From contig CAZVZC010000028.1 of NCBI GenBank assembly GCA_964631415.1, forward strand, positions 1 to 28,906: DNA of 28,906 nucleotides. The letters run 5' to 3'. Positions 1-9,563 of this stretch are shown here, in pieces; position 1 is the stretch's first letter, and the number at the start of each line of letters is the position of its first letter. A model generated the notes under the pieces. It did not search any database and had not been told where the DNA came from. It worked only from the letters and a program-made list of their open reading frames with translations. The stretch comes from an uncultured archaeon. Lineage in GTDB: Archaea > Asgardarchaeota > Thorarchaeia > Thorarchaeales > Thorarchaeaceae. The position numbers and the translations under genes are program-made.

Positions 1-429
1 GTGTTTCCCGGCGACTCTCCCGACAAGTACTACTCCGAGGATGATCTCCCGTACCCGAAGAACTTCTATGCCCTAACCAAGTTGACTGGGGAATACTTCG
101 TCAACGGCTTCTCAAAGATCCTCAGACTTCTCGTCGTCCGGACGAACTTCATTGAGCGAGGTGAATGGCCCTACCCGACGGCGTTCACCGACCGGTACGC
201 CACCTACCTGTACTCGGACCAATTGGCCAAGGCAATCAAGGAACTTGTCAAGAAAAGGACGGTTGGGCTTGTACATGTATGCGGGGACAAGCGCATGAGC
301 ATGTATGACTTCGCAAGACTCACTGACCCCCGCGTTAAGCCGATGACTATAAAGGACTACACCGGTCCTCCCCTCACAATGAACATGAGTCTCACATCGA
401 GAAGAATCCCCTCAATTCCATTCGAATAG
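1..429 (+). CDS. C-terminal part of a dTDP-4-dehydrorhamnose reductase (RmlD)-like extended SDR; 5' end outside window
   Basis: YSEDDLPYPKNFYALTK contains the SDR YxxxK motif; AFTDRY and GLVHVCG..SMYDFA segments are typical of RmlD; it lies next to a sugar epimerase. Confidence 0.8.
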   Translation: MFPGDSPDKYYSEDDLPYPKNFYALTKLTGEYFVNGFSKILRLLVVRTNFIERGEWPYPTAFTDRYATYLYSDQLAKAIKELVKKRTVGLVHVCGDKRMSMYDFARLTDPRVKPMTIKDYTGPPLTMNMSLTSRRIPSIPFE

Positions 430-449
430 CCAAGAGAGAGCGATGAAGA

Positions 450-1376
450 ATGAGAATCCTAGTAGCAGGCGGAGCAGGCTTCGTCGGTAGTCACCTTGTG
501 GATAAGCTAGTCCAGCAAGGTCACAAGGTCGACGTCGTCGACGATCTGAGCAACGGCAATCTGGAGAACCTCCAGAGCGTGATGCCAAAGATCCGGTTCC
601 ACAAGCTTGACGTGTCTCAGCCGTTCGCTGAGCAGTTCTCTAAGGACTCCTTCGACGTGATTTACTACCTGCCCTGCTTTCCTCGGAGCCAGAGTTTCGA
701 GAATCCGAAGCGGGATGTGGAAGTCAACGTCATTGGCATGGTCAATGCGCTCGAGCTCGCCCGGAAACACAAATCCAAAGTCATCTTCAGCTCCAACTCG
801 GGAATCTACGACACGTCGAAGATTCCGATTGATGAGGAAACCGTCGACGACCCGAAGACCCCGTACGACCTGGACAAGCTTCAAGCTGAGAGTTTCATGA
901 AGCTGTACGGTGAGGTCTATGGAGTCGATTTTGTGATTTTCCGCTTCGCCACGGTCTACGGACCGAGGCAGAGCCTGTCGCCTACTTGGAAGCCTGTCGT
1001 GTTGGAGTTCATCGCAGAGTTGATGAAAGGCCAAAGACCCACCATCTACTGGGATGGCGAGCAAACCCGCGACTTCATTTACGTTGCCGACCTTGTCGAC
1101 GCCCTCGTCTTGGCCTTAGACAAGAAGGCCGCTGGCGAAACCATGATTCTGGGCTCCGGGAAGGAAACCAGCATAAACCAGCTCTTCCAGACGGTTTCGC
1201 GGATTTTGAGAGTTAGTGTTGAACCCATCAGAGAACCCAAGAAACTTGGCGACATCAAGCGAATGCGCTACAACTGCCGAAAGGCTGAACGTATCTTGGG
1301 ATGGAAAGCCCGAACCGGTCTGGAAGAAGGAATAGAACGAATCATTGCAGCTGACAAAGAACGCCTACTCCGCTGA
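450..1376 (+). CDS. NAD-dependent nucleotide-sugar epimerase/dehydratase (GalE-like extended SDR)
   Basis: N-terminal GGAGFVG Rossmann motif, YDLDK catalytic motif, FRFATVYGPRQ and DGEQTRDFIYVADLV motifs. Confidence 0.92.
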   Translation: MRILVAGGAGFVGSHLVDKLVQQGHKVDVVDDLSNGNLENLQSVMPKIRFHKLDVSQPFAEQFSKDSFDVIYYLPCFPRSQSFENPKRDVEVNVIGMVNALELARKHKSKVIFSSNSGIYDTSKIPIDEETVDDPKTPYDLDKLQAESFMKLYGEVYGVDFVIFRFATVYGPRQSLSPTWKPVVLEFIAELMKGQRPTIYWDGEQTRDFIYVADLVDALVLALDKKAAGETMILGSGKETSINQLFQTVSRILRVSVEPIREPKKLGDIKRMRYNCRKAERILGWKARTGLEEGIERIIAADKERLLR

Positions 1377-1583
1377 GCCAGGACTCCGGATTGAAGAACC
1401 CCCGATAGACGTTCTAAGCCGAAAACTGTCACTACGATTGCGATTTCACATAAATGAGGAAACCGAAGGCTTGAAAGAGCAAATCCGCCTTAGACGTTGT
1501 GTCTAGGATCTGGAGACTTCGCTTTCCCGAAATGTTAAAGCCCAGAGCCGATCCATTGTAGATCTGAAGGAGCGTTAGAACTC

Positions 1584-2246
1584 ATGAAGGAGTTTGACTT
1601 TCAATGGGAGAACCTACCCTCACCAGCAACAGAATACACAAAGGACAGAGTGAAAGAACTCCTCGAATACTCACAGGTGAGTTCTTCTTTCTTCCAGGGC
1701 AAAGCTTGTTTAGATGCAGGCTGCGGGAACGGCAGATACACATATGCCATGCAACAACTTGGCGCTAGAGTGGTTTCTTTTGACATAAGTCCACAAGCAG
1801 TAGAACAGTGTAAGACGGTAAACCCTCAGGCTTACATCCACGACATAATGAGCTTGGGTCCTAATCCGGTATTCGATTTTGTTGTATGTTGGGGGGTTCT
1901 GCATCATCTTGAGAAATCTAGGGAAGGCTTTGCCAAGGTCGCATCCCAAGTCAAGCCAAAGGGCACCCTCCTGATTATGGTCTACCATAGAGACACGCAG
2001 AAAATCTACGAAGATGGGAGAAGAGAATGGCCTAGTTTAGCTCATGAAGAGCGGATTGCACTCTGCAAAGAAATGATAGCGAAACGTGGAGGTAATCTTC
2101 ACGGTTGGTGGGATGCCTTCAACCCACAGTACAATTGGAGTTTTGAGCCAAAGGAAATCGAAAGATGGTTCAAGGAAGAAGGGTTCAAGAAGATTAAGCT
2201 AACCAAGAAATACAACATAAACATGAGAGGAGAACGGTTGTTGTGA
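1584..2246 (+). CDS. Class I SAM-dependent methyltransferase
   Basis: LDAGCGNGRY motif I, FDFVVCWGVLHH, VKPKGTLLIMVY; AAGGAG RBS upstream. Confidence 0.9.
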   Translation: MKEFDFQWENLPSPATEYTKDRVKELLEYSQVSSSFFQGKACLDAGCGNGRYTYAMQQLGARVVSFDISPQAVEQCKTVNPQAYIHDIMSLGPNPVFDFVVCWGVLHHLEKSREGFAKVASQVKPKGTLLIMVYHRDTQKIYEDGRREWPSLAHEERIALCKEMIAKRGGNLHGWWDAFNPQYNWSFEPKEIERWFKEEGFKKIKLTKKYNINMRGERLL

Positions 2247-2474
2247 AAGGATGGGAGCAGGCAATCTGCCTAGCGATGGACAGACACTCACTACGGGCCG
2301 TTCGGATGAATGTCGCCATCCGCGCTTGAAAATCTGGGTCGATTCTCAGTTTCCAGAGGAGGCCACTCGAGAATCAGGCGAGCTTCCAGTCGAGTTTCTG
2401 GCTCAGCTTCTTCCAGTATTCGTTGTATTGTAGGAATTCTGTAAATGACTCCATGCCGAGATTCTCCACCATGA

Positions 2475-4070
2475 TTAGTGGCTCTGGTTGTCATCATCAC
2501 GTCGCGAGTGTCGTCCAAGAAGCTCGTAGAACCGGATTAGGCGATCGAGTCTCCCTTTACTTGCTCGGGACACGATTTCCAATTCAGGCCTCACAAAGCA
2601 CGACAGACCGCCGGAAAGGATGAACAGAGACAATAGCGTGAATGCAGCGATTATCGCGAGGTCCATGAAGCCGATAGGGGAAAGCCACAGGGTAAGGATG
2701 AATGCTATTCCTGTCTGCAAGATGCCCAGTACTGCAACACGAGTCAGCGCTTGCCGTCCGATTTGCCTTAGTTCCTCTGTCTGACGCATCAGAAGCAAGA
2801 GAGTAGCCACGAAACTCAACGCTGTGCAGATTGCCATACCCGCTATCCCTAGGACTTGAAGCCACCCAAGAATAGCGAACACGAAATAGAAGGGAATTGC
2901 CGCCAGGGCGTAGAACGCTTCGAAGTAGAGAAGCCGATACGTCAAGCCCTTCGCGCCTATAAGGTTCAAGAAGACCGCATTGAAGACAGTAGCGGCCATC
3001 ATGATCGTGGCGAATGACAGAGTTGCATCGGTTTCCGGGCCTAGGTATTGTGAGCTCGTAATGATCTTCATTACCTCTCTTCCGCAGAAGACTAGGACGG
3101 GCGACACATACAGGACTGCGTGCGCCAGCATCTTTAGGACGGTCCCCAAAGCGATCCCAACCCTCTCAGGCCGCGTCTTGAGCATGACAATTATGATGGG
3201 CGAGAAGGGAATCATTAGTGTGATAATTACGTCTGTCGCCATCGTGGTCAATCCGATAACAAGATTGTATGTCGCGAAGTCGGCAGTCCCGAAGAACACG
3301 AACGTGAGGAAATAGTTTATGGCTCCTCGGAATGCATCAAACACAGTAAGAAGGATGATTGGCAGGGTGAATGCCATAAGTGCCGTGGTTGGCCATTTTG
3401 GACGATAGAGCGACGCTTTACGACTCAGTCCAGAGGTCGGGATTGCCACGATTATCGTGAGGACATCAGCAATGACCCAGCCCCAGAAAATCATGATGAT
3501 ATTCCTCGTGACGAGGTACATGCCAAGGGGGATGAGTTGGTAAGCTACTGTTCGGGCCCCTCCAACAACAACATTGCGTTCTATTCTCAAGTAGCAATTG
3601 TAGACACCCAAGAACAGTTGAGTCAGAGACGCCGTGACGGCGATGGGAATCATCATGCTGACCCCTTCTACAGAGAGCAGCGGGACGCCCGAGAAAACGG
3701 ACGCCAAAAAGATGAAGACAATCCCTAGAAGAGGCGCAAGTACCAGGCTCGCGATGATTCCGTACACTACCATCTGGTGAATGAAAACCTTTGATGCTTC
3801 TGAGTCTCTCTCCGCCAATCCCTTCTGGGTCATGACCCAGACAACCCACGGCACGGCGAGCCCTGCGACCAGACTCGCACCCAGCGCAACAAAACTGACA
3901 AGACCGTAGAGCTCCTTGCTCAGAATCTCGGGCTGCGTGATGATTTTTATCCATATGAGCTGAGTGCCACGGGTCGCGATAATCCGGATCCACCCAAGCG
4001 ACGTGGACCGTGCGTAGGTTTCTGCTAGCCCTGATTGTTCCGGATTGGTCCCCAATCCCTCGTCGTTCAA
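2475..4070 (-). CDS. Oligosaccharide flippase / polysaccharide-biosynthesis (MOP/PST family) membrane protein
   Basis: About 14 hydrophobic segments, N-terminal LSKELYGLVSF pattern typical of Wzx-like flippases, adjacent to sugar-nucleotide genes. Confidence 0.7.
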   Translation of the reverse strand: MNDEGLGTNPEQSGLAETYARSTSLGWIRIIATRGTQLIWIKIITQPEILSKELYGLVSFVALGASLVAGLAVPWVVWVMTQKGLAERDSEASKVFIHQMVVYGIIASLVLAPLLGIVFIFLASVFSGVPLLSVEGVSMMIPIAVTASLTQLFLGVYNCYLRIERNVVVGGARTVAYQLIPLGMYLVTRNIIMIFWGWVIADVLTIIVAIPTSGLSRKASLYRPKWPTTALMAFTLPIILLTVFDAFRGAINYFLTFVFFGTADFATYNLVIGLTTMATDVIITLMIPFSPIIIVMLKTRPERVGIALGTVLKMLAHAVLYVSPVLVFCGREVMKIITSSQYLGPETDATLSFATIMMAATVFNAVFLNLIGAKGLTYRLLYFEAFYALAAIPFYFVFAILGWLQVLGIAGMAICTALSFVATLLLLMRQTEELRQIGRQALTRVAVLGILQTGIAFILTLWLSPIGFMDLAIIAAFTLLSLFILSGGLSCFVRPELEIVSRASKGRLDRLIRFYELLGRHSRRDDDNQSH

Positions 4071-4257
4071 TCAAGCACCTTCGTCAAGTTCCTACGCTTT
4101 TCTTGGGACAGGCGAATTGTGGCAGAGCATCAGAGAATCTGTGAAATCCTCTTCTTTTCGTGGTTCAGGGCTCTTGGAAGCGCGTACGGCGGAAGTGCGG
4201 GAATAAGCTTATCGGTGTTGTTCCAGCCGTTCGTGTTCCGCCTTTCGTGGAAACATG

Positions 4258-4416
4258 TCAGTTGACTGGGGCGGCTTTCTCGCTAAGCCCATTGACGAAC
4301 CTATCGTCGCCTGACACATCATCAAAGCGACCCGCCCTGTGCGCGGCCGCAATGGCATCAATCATCTCATCCATCGGAAGTATGACTGTGTCACTGTGAA
4401 GGTTGATGGTCTTCGT
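4258..4416 (-). pseudogene. ltaE: N-terminal remnant of a low-specificity L-threonine aldolase
   Basis: KTINLHSDTVILPMDEMIDAIAAA...DDVSGDDRFVNGLSEKAA matches the family pattern IDLRSDTVTxPTxEMxxAxxxAxxGDDVYGEDPTVNxLEExAA; it stops after ~52 codons and the expected start codon reads ACG. Confidence 0.7.
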
Positions 4417-4535
4417 GGTTGACTGGGCGGCTGTATCCCGATCTAAGCCTGTAGTTGGCACCTATTTAGCAATGCATAAAGGTGCTTCACGTGCGGCATC
4501 GTTAGCCCGCTCAACATGTTCAGGGGCCAACTCTC

Positions 4536-5831
4536 TTGGAAGAACAGGTCAGATTGAGCTACATAGAGAAGCTGCGGCTGTTCAAGAAGGACGCGAAGCT
4601 ATACATCGCTTCAGCTGCCTCTGGCGCCTTCTCCGCTGGCATGAGCGGTGTCATCTTCAACTTGTACCTCATCGAAGCCGGATTCATTGAGGACTTCATT
4701 GGTTTCTTCCTCTCAATCTCGATGTTCGCCACCGCAGGAGTCGCTTTCATAGCGGGCATGGTGACTGACAGGAGCAGCAGAAAGACAATCATCCTCGGCG
4801 CGAATGCTGTATCTTTCTTTGCGGTCGCCGTTCAGTACACGGCACTCGAGCCGGTCGGGCTTCTATGGTCGCAACTGTTTCTTGGTCTATCAAGTGCGTT
4901 CACACAAGTCGCATGGTCTCCCTACATCACCGACCTGTCAACAAGCGAGGAGAGAGCTCACTTGTTCGCCTTCAGCAGCGGCATTTCTCTGATTGCAGTA
5001 CTATTTGGCAATCTGCTGGGGGGCTTTCTCCCTGGTTTGATCAAGGCAGTTCAAGGGACTGGGACGGAACTGGTCGTGGCCTACAGGCTTGCATTGTGGC
5101 TGAGTCTAATACCCCAAGCTGCCGCAATCATGATGATTCTCCCGATGACGCACGACCGTACACTGGGTACCAGGATTTACTTGGACCTAGGCAACGTGAA
5201 ACACTGGAACTTCATTGGCAAGTATGCGACCACGGTCACCATTGTGGGTCTAGGAGCAGGCATGATTGTGATCTTCTTCAACCTCTATTTCCAGGAGGTG
5301 TTCGAGGTCCCGCCTCATATGATAGGGGTCATCTTCGGCATCAACACAGTTGTCCTTGCTTCAGGGAACTTCCTTGCCCCCGCAATGGCTGACAGGATTG
5401 GCAAGGTGAAGACGGTGGTGTTCACGGAGGTGTTGTCAATCCCCTTCCTGCTCATGCTCTCGTGGGTACCCCGAGAGTATCTGTATCTCGCAGTGACCGC
5501 ATACGTCACACGTAATGTGCTGATGAATATGGCTGGCCCAGTGTCCAATGCCTTCTTCATGGAGAGCCTCACGAAGGAAGAGCGGGCCACTGCAGTCGGA
5601 ATCGTGCGGACTGGAGACTCATTCGTCCGTGGTATATCCGCGAATATAGGAGGTATGCTCTTGGCGGCAGGGTTGTACAGAGTGCCCTATCTGCTTGTTT
5701 CAGGGCTGTACATCTTGTCGGTTGTGTTGTTCTACTCCTTCTTCAAACGGAAGGAATCGGAAATGCAAGCCCTTCGTGAGGCCGAGGTCGTGCAGGAGGC
5801 CAAGCCAGAAGAGTCAGAAGGCATCACTTGA
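4536..5831 (+). CDS. Major facilitator superfamily transporter
   Basis: About 12 TM segments; motif A variants GMVTDRSSRK and PAMADRIGKVK; EERAHLF/EERATAVG motifs in both halves. Confidence 0.9.
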   Translation: MEEQVRLSYIEKLRLFKKDAKLYIASAASGAFSAGMSGVIFNLYLIEAGFIEDFIGFFLSISMFATAGVAFIAGMVTDRSSRKTIILGANAVSFFAVAVQYTALEPVGLLWSQLFLGLSSAFTQVAWSPYITDLSTSEERAHLFAFSSGISLIAVLFGNLLGGFLPGLIKAVQGTGTELVVAYRLALWLSLIPQAAAIMMILPMTHDRTLGTRIYLDLGNVKHWNFIGKYATTVTIVGLGAGMIVIFFNLYFQEVFEVPPHMIGVIFGINTVVLASGNFLAPAMADRIGKVKTVVFTEVLSIPFLLMLSWVPREYLYLAVTAYVTRNVLMNMAGPVSNAFFMESLTKEERATAVGIVRTGDSFVRGISANIGGMLLAAGLYRVPYLLVSGLYILSVVLFYSFFKRKESEMQALREAEVVQEAKPEESEGIT

Positions 5832-6654
5832 AGTACATCGCTCGAGCCCGATTCATGATTTCGTCATCTGCTGGGAAGACGAGGGGTATGGCTGTGTATG
5901 AGGACGAGCAAGGATTGCCCCTTGCGACATGAAACACTACCCTTGGTCTACTCGATTCCCGTTGATGATCAATCTCAACGACGTAGCTCATCACTGTTGA
6001 AGACTGACCTGCATTACTCGGGTGCTTGCAGACGCTCGCTTGGCCCTTCGACTCCCCATGATCCTTGAGCAGAGCAAAGACACTCTTCATATCAGAAACT
6101 CGTCTGATCAACTCGTAACCTCTCTCTACTCTCTTGACTGAGTCGGCGTACGAGCTGGTTTCATTAGATGATTCCGGGGCCGCGACACTATCGCCTGTTT
6201 CCAGCATGATGTGATGACCAGTCCTCAGGACCTTTCGTTCGGACCATTCTACCGCCTGTTGGTTTCCTGCGATCTCTATGACAAGCATGCTGTCATTGTC
6301 TGCCAAGACGAGGTTTCCCCATTGGTAGTTCCTTCCCTTTTTTAGATGGTCTAGAACCATGGTGAGTCCGTCCTCGGCGTCCTTGGCAAACGTCAGAACC
6401 TGCTCAGTCAGTGTGTGACAGGACAGGTCGCTCGTGCTGCGGACGTGCGTGTCTGCGACAGCCAGGCCATGGCGGTTAACGCCTATCGCGAGCCCGGTGA
6501 AGGCACCAGTGGATATGTCGACTCCTCGAATGCCAAAGCTGTCGACATCGTAGGCGACCTCCTCTTTGTGCTGACCTTGGACCGAGTCGCTGTTCTTGAA
6601 GAGAACTGTCTTCCTCAGGTCAGGAAATAAGACTGCACCAGCAAAGCTCGACAT
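5824..6654 (-). CDS. Ntn-hydrolase fold protein (peptidase C45 / acyl-CoA:6-APA acyltransferase-like)
   Basis: VLFKNSD, IGVNRHGLAVADT, GNLVLAD, RTGHH, LLKDH, SVCKH and C-terminal GNPC motifs resemble C45/AAT proteins. Confidence 0.65.
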   Translation of the reverse strand: MSSFAGAVLFPDLRKTVLFKNSDSVQGQHKEEVAYDVDSFGIRGVDISTGAFTGLAIGVNRHGLAVADTHVRSTSDLSCHTLTEQVLTFAKDAEDGLTMVLDHLKKGRNYQWGNLVLADNDSMLVIEIAGNQQAVEWSERKVLRTGHHIMLETGDSVAAPESSNETSSYADSVKRVERGYELIRRVSDMKSVFALLKDHGESKGQASVCKHPSNAGQSSTVMSYVVEIDHQRESSRPRVVFHVARGNPCSSSYTAIPLVFPADDEIMNRARAMYFK

Positions 6655-6690
6655 AATGTCCGCCTAATGCAATGCCGCGAATGCCACATG

Positions 6691-6697
6691 ATATAAA
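6691..6697. promoter_or_regulatory. Archaeal TATA box, probably shared by the divergent Ntn-hydrolase and biotin ligase genes
   Basis: ATATAAA on +, TTTATAT on -; the only strongly AT-rich motif in the ~100-bp divergent spacer. Confidence 0.55.
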
Positions 6698-6757
6698 TGC
6701 TCGTTGGGTCATGTGTACCGTCGGTCGAGCAAAACTGCTCGCCATCGCCGGGAGAAC

Positions 6758-7543
6758 ATGTGCATGCTGGATTCACAAGTCATCCAGAGAGGTCTGAAGA
6801 CCGTTGTCTTGAAGCCTGAACTGATCCTCGTAGACACAGTCGACTCAACCAACTCGATTGCTAAGGGCCTCATAGGTCGTGGAGCAAGTGAAGGCCTTGT
6901 AGTTGTTGCTGAGAACCAATTGAGTGGTCGAGGGCGACAGAACCGACAGTGGCATTCACCAGTGGGTGGTTTATACATGTCAGTGACTCTCAAGCCCCGA
7001 CTCTCTCCCGAGAAAACGCCCCTCTTTGGCCTGCTATCCGCCTGCGCTGCCGCAGAGGCCGTGCGCGAGATGACTGGGCTTCAGGTCCGCCTGAAATGGC
7101 CAAATGACATCATGCTAGGCGAGCGCAAGGTCGGAGGCATACTGAGCGAGGTTGTTTCGGTTGGCGAGAGAATCTGCGGGATAGTGATAGGAATTGGCAT
7201 CAATCAGAACACATCTCCAAGCAGACTGCCTGACGAGATCAGGGAATCTGCGACAACGATGCTCAGCGAATTGGGCCATGAAACCTCGCGCGAGGAGCTC
7301 GCATATCGGACAATCAATGCGATTGACCGAAGAGTGGCGAATGTTGAAACCTTGTCCTCGTTCTCTCCGGTTCTGGACGAGTGGCTGAAGACCAACACGA
7401 CAGTGGGAAGGCAAATCAGAGTGCATGAGGGCACAAATGTGATTGAGGGCACTGCAGTTGGTGTTTCTCCTCTCGGCTCGTTGAGGGTCAAGACAGCAAC
7501 CGGCGAGAAGGAAGTGCCCATTGGTGACGTCCTTCATGTCTGA
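6758..7543 (+). CDS. birA: Biotin--[acetyl-CoA-carboxylase] ligase (monofunctional, no N-terminal HTH)
   Basis: DSTN, QLSGRGRQNRQWHSP, KWPND and KVGGIL motifs; start moved to ATG 6758 (or 6764) after a GGAG RBS. Confidence 0.93.
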   Translation: MCMLDSQVIQRGLKTVVLKPELILVDTVDSTNSIAKGLIGRGASEGLVVVAENQLSGRGRQNRQWHSPVGGLYMSVTLKPRLSPEKTPLFGLLSACAAAEAVREMTGLQVRLKWPNDIMLGERKVGGILSEVVSVGERICGIVIGIGINQNTSPSRLPDEIRESATTMLSELGHETSREELAYRTINAIDRRVANVETLSSFSPVLDEWLKTNTTVGRQIRVHEGTNVIEGTAVGVSPLGSLRVKTATGEKEVPIGDVLHV

Positions 7544-7548
7544 TTGAG

Positions 7549-8427
7549 GTGGGCGTGTTGGGCTCGAACACAGTTTTGGTCGGCCCAGAACAGTTGGATG
7601 AGTTGCCCACGCTACTGCTTCAAGGCAAAGATGCAGCATTACTGAAGCCCACCAACCAGTACGAGGCCTTCCGAATCAGGTGTGGGGGAGGACTTGCTAT
7701 AGGCTACAAGACAGGCAAGATTGTCGTCAGTGGTGAGGAATGCAGAGCAGCTGTAGTGAAAGCCATAGCACAGATTGGCGGTAAAGAGTCAGGGCATGAC
7801 ATCACAATAGGGTCAGATGAGGCAGGAAAAGGAGAATGGCTTGGTCCCATGGTCGTCGCAGCCGTCGCGCTAACTCCTTCCCAGTCTATGACGTTGAGGG
7901 GTTTCGGTGTCATGGACAGCAAAGCATTGAAGCTGGCGAAGATTGCAGAGCTGGCAGTCGAGATAGCCGCGAACTCGACGTCGGCGAGTACAGTGTTAAT
8001 CTCCCCGAGGAAGTTCAATGAACAGTTCGCGGAGATACACAAAGAGGGAAAGAACCTGAACGATCTCTTGGCGTGGGCGCATGCCAAGGCCATATCCGAA
8101 GTCTATCAACACATTCAGCCTGACAAGCATGGTCTACGTGTCAGAGTAATAATCGACGAATTCTCCAAGCTCAAGACCGAGAGAAGGTTAAGCCGGGTTC
8201 TGGAGCTGGAATCTATCGAACTGATTCAGAGACCACGTGCAGAAGACGACATTGCTGTGGCTTCCGCGAGCATACTTGCAAGAAATGGCCGAGAGGTCTG
8301 GATTGACAAGGAATCACGTCGACTTGGCTTGGACCTGAGAGCCATAAGAGCTGCTGACGCACTCGGCAGGGCTGATTGTGGTTCGTTTGCCAAGCTCAGT
8401 TACCTCAAGCGACCTGCTGATGGCTGA
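7549..8427 (+). CDS. rnhC: Ribonuclease HIII (type 2 RNase H with N-terminal TBP-like domain)
   Basis: IGSDEAGKGEWLGPMVVAAV, GVMDSK, NLNDLLAWAH, IIDEF, AEDDIAVASASILAR; N-terminal PTNQYEAFR...GYKTGKIVVSG is TBP-like. Confidence 0.88.
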   Translation: MGVLGSNTVLVGPEQLDELPTLLLQGKDAALLKPTNQYEAFRIRCGGGLAIGYKTGKIVVSGEECRAAVVKAIAQIGGKESGHDITIGSDEAGKGEWLGPMVVAAVALTPSQSMTLRGFGVMDSKALKLAKIAELAVEIAANSTSASTVLISPRKFNEQFAEIHKEGKNLNDLLAWAHAKAISEVYQHIQPDKHGLRVRVIIDEFSKLKTERRLSRVLELESIELIQRPRAEDDIAVASASILARNGREVWIDKESRRLGLDLRAIRAADALGRADCGSFAKLSYLKRPADG

Positions 8428-8740
8428 ACAGATCAGCAGAGGATGCAAGTGAGTACAACGATGTAGGATTCTACTGAGATGCATTGTTTCTGCACAGCTT
8501 ATGCCATTAGAGGATGGGAATGGATCTGTTCCTGTCTTTCTGCCTGCCTTCAGCAGACATTCTCTCGTCCGGTGAGCAAAAAGCATCACTGTTGCCAGAA
8601 CGCCTTCCGCTGACACTGCGGACAATGGACCTGCAATCCATTTTGGCGACATTCACTGTTGGCTGAAGCATTACGCACCACAACTGGCCGTGATTCCGTC
8701 GTTGATCAGAATCCTACTGAGAGGAAACCCCTCTCTCGTA

Positions 8741-9253
8741 TCACTTCTTCCAGATGTAGACGAAGTCGCAGAAGTCATTGCCTTGCATGAGCGTCCTGGT
8801 TCGCTTGAGACCAACCTGAGGATGAATCGCTTTTGCAGACTCGAAATCATGTTCGCAGAAACGGTGGTATCCAATATCAGTCCCCTCGAGTTGTCTGAAG
8901 ACTCTGGCATAGATGCACTCTGTAACCGTGCAGGCACACTTGTCTGAGGTTTCCTCGGTTATGGACACCTCTTCCATGTTGTTGTAGTTCAGTTCCTCCA
9001 CCCATCGTTTGATGAGCGCCTTCACATCTGTGAAGCTCTTGATCGGCCTCTTCTCAGCTCTGACTAGATTCTTGACCGACTCGACGGAGTTCCGCTCCGA
9101 CCACTTACTGACTATGGCGTCAGCCTTCTCCTTGCCCAGTACTCTCTCCATTTCACGGATGACGGCCACTTCTTTCTGATGCATGTCCAAGAAGTGATGG
9201 AATACTGTGGTTTCGATCTTGGTATCGAACTTGTCTACCTTGTGTGCGCTCAT
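8741..9253 (-). CDS. L-2-amino-thiazoline-4-carboxylic acid hydrolase family protein
   Basis: VTECIYARVF..DIGYHRFCEHDF..LKRTRTLMQGNDFCDF three-Cys signature; start MSAHK (9253) preferred over the ORF-track start 9373. Confidence 0.8.
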   Translation of the reverse strand: MSAHKVDKFDTKIETTVFHHFLDMHQKEVAVIREMERVLGKEKADAIVSKWSERNSVESVKNLVRAEKRPIKSFTDVKALIKRWVEELNYNNMEEVSITEETSDKCACTVTECIYARVFRQLEGTDIGYHRFCEHDFESAKAIHPQVGLKRTRTLMQGNDFCDFVYIWKK

Positions 9254-9563
9254 TGCCTGTCCGTCCAACAGCCATTTGCCAAGCGAACCGTACGTTTTGA
9301 GTAATAGAGATGCCGATTCGCGGCTTGAAGTCGAGCTTCGGGGTCCACTCCACACAGAATCGACCTTGGTCATGCTCGGCAGTCGTTATCAGTATGCCAA
9401 CCAATCTCACTGTCTCTCTAGTTCCAGCGATCTCTACCTAGGAAGCGGCCAGAGGGCCACAAGCCCACATACCGTCGCTGTTTCAGTGGTCTAATCGCCG
9501 CAGAAGTCTGCCACGAAGCCTTTATGCTGGTCAGGCCTTAAACCATGCGGGGTTGATTGCAGA

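Noticed and set aside
8463-8717. 10-bp inverted repeat GTAGGATTCT/AGAATCCTAC as MITE ends
   Set aside because: It is short, has no target-site duplication and has no second copy in the window.
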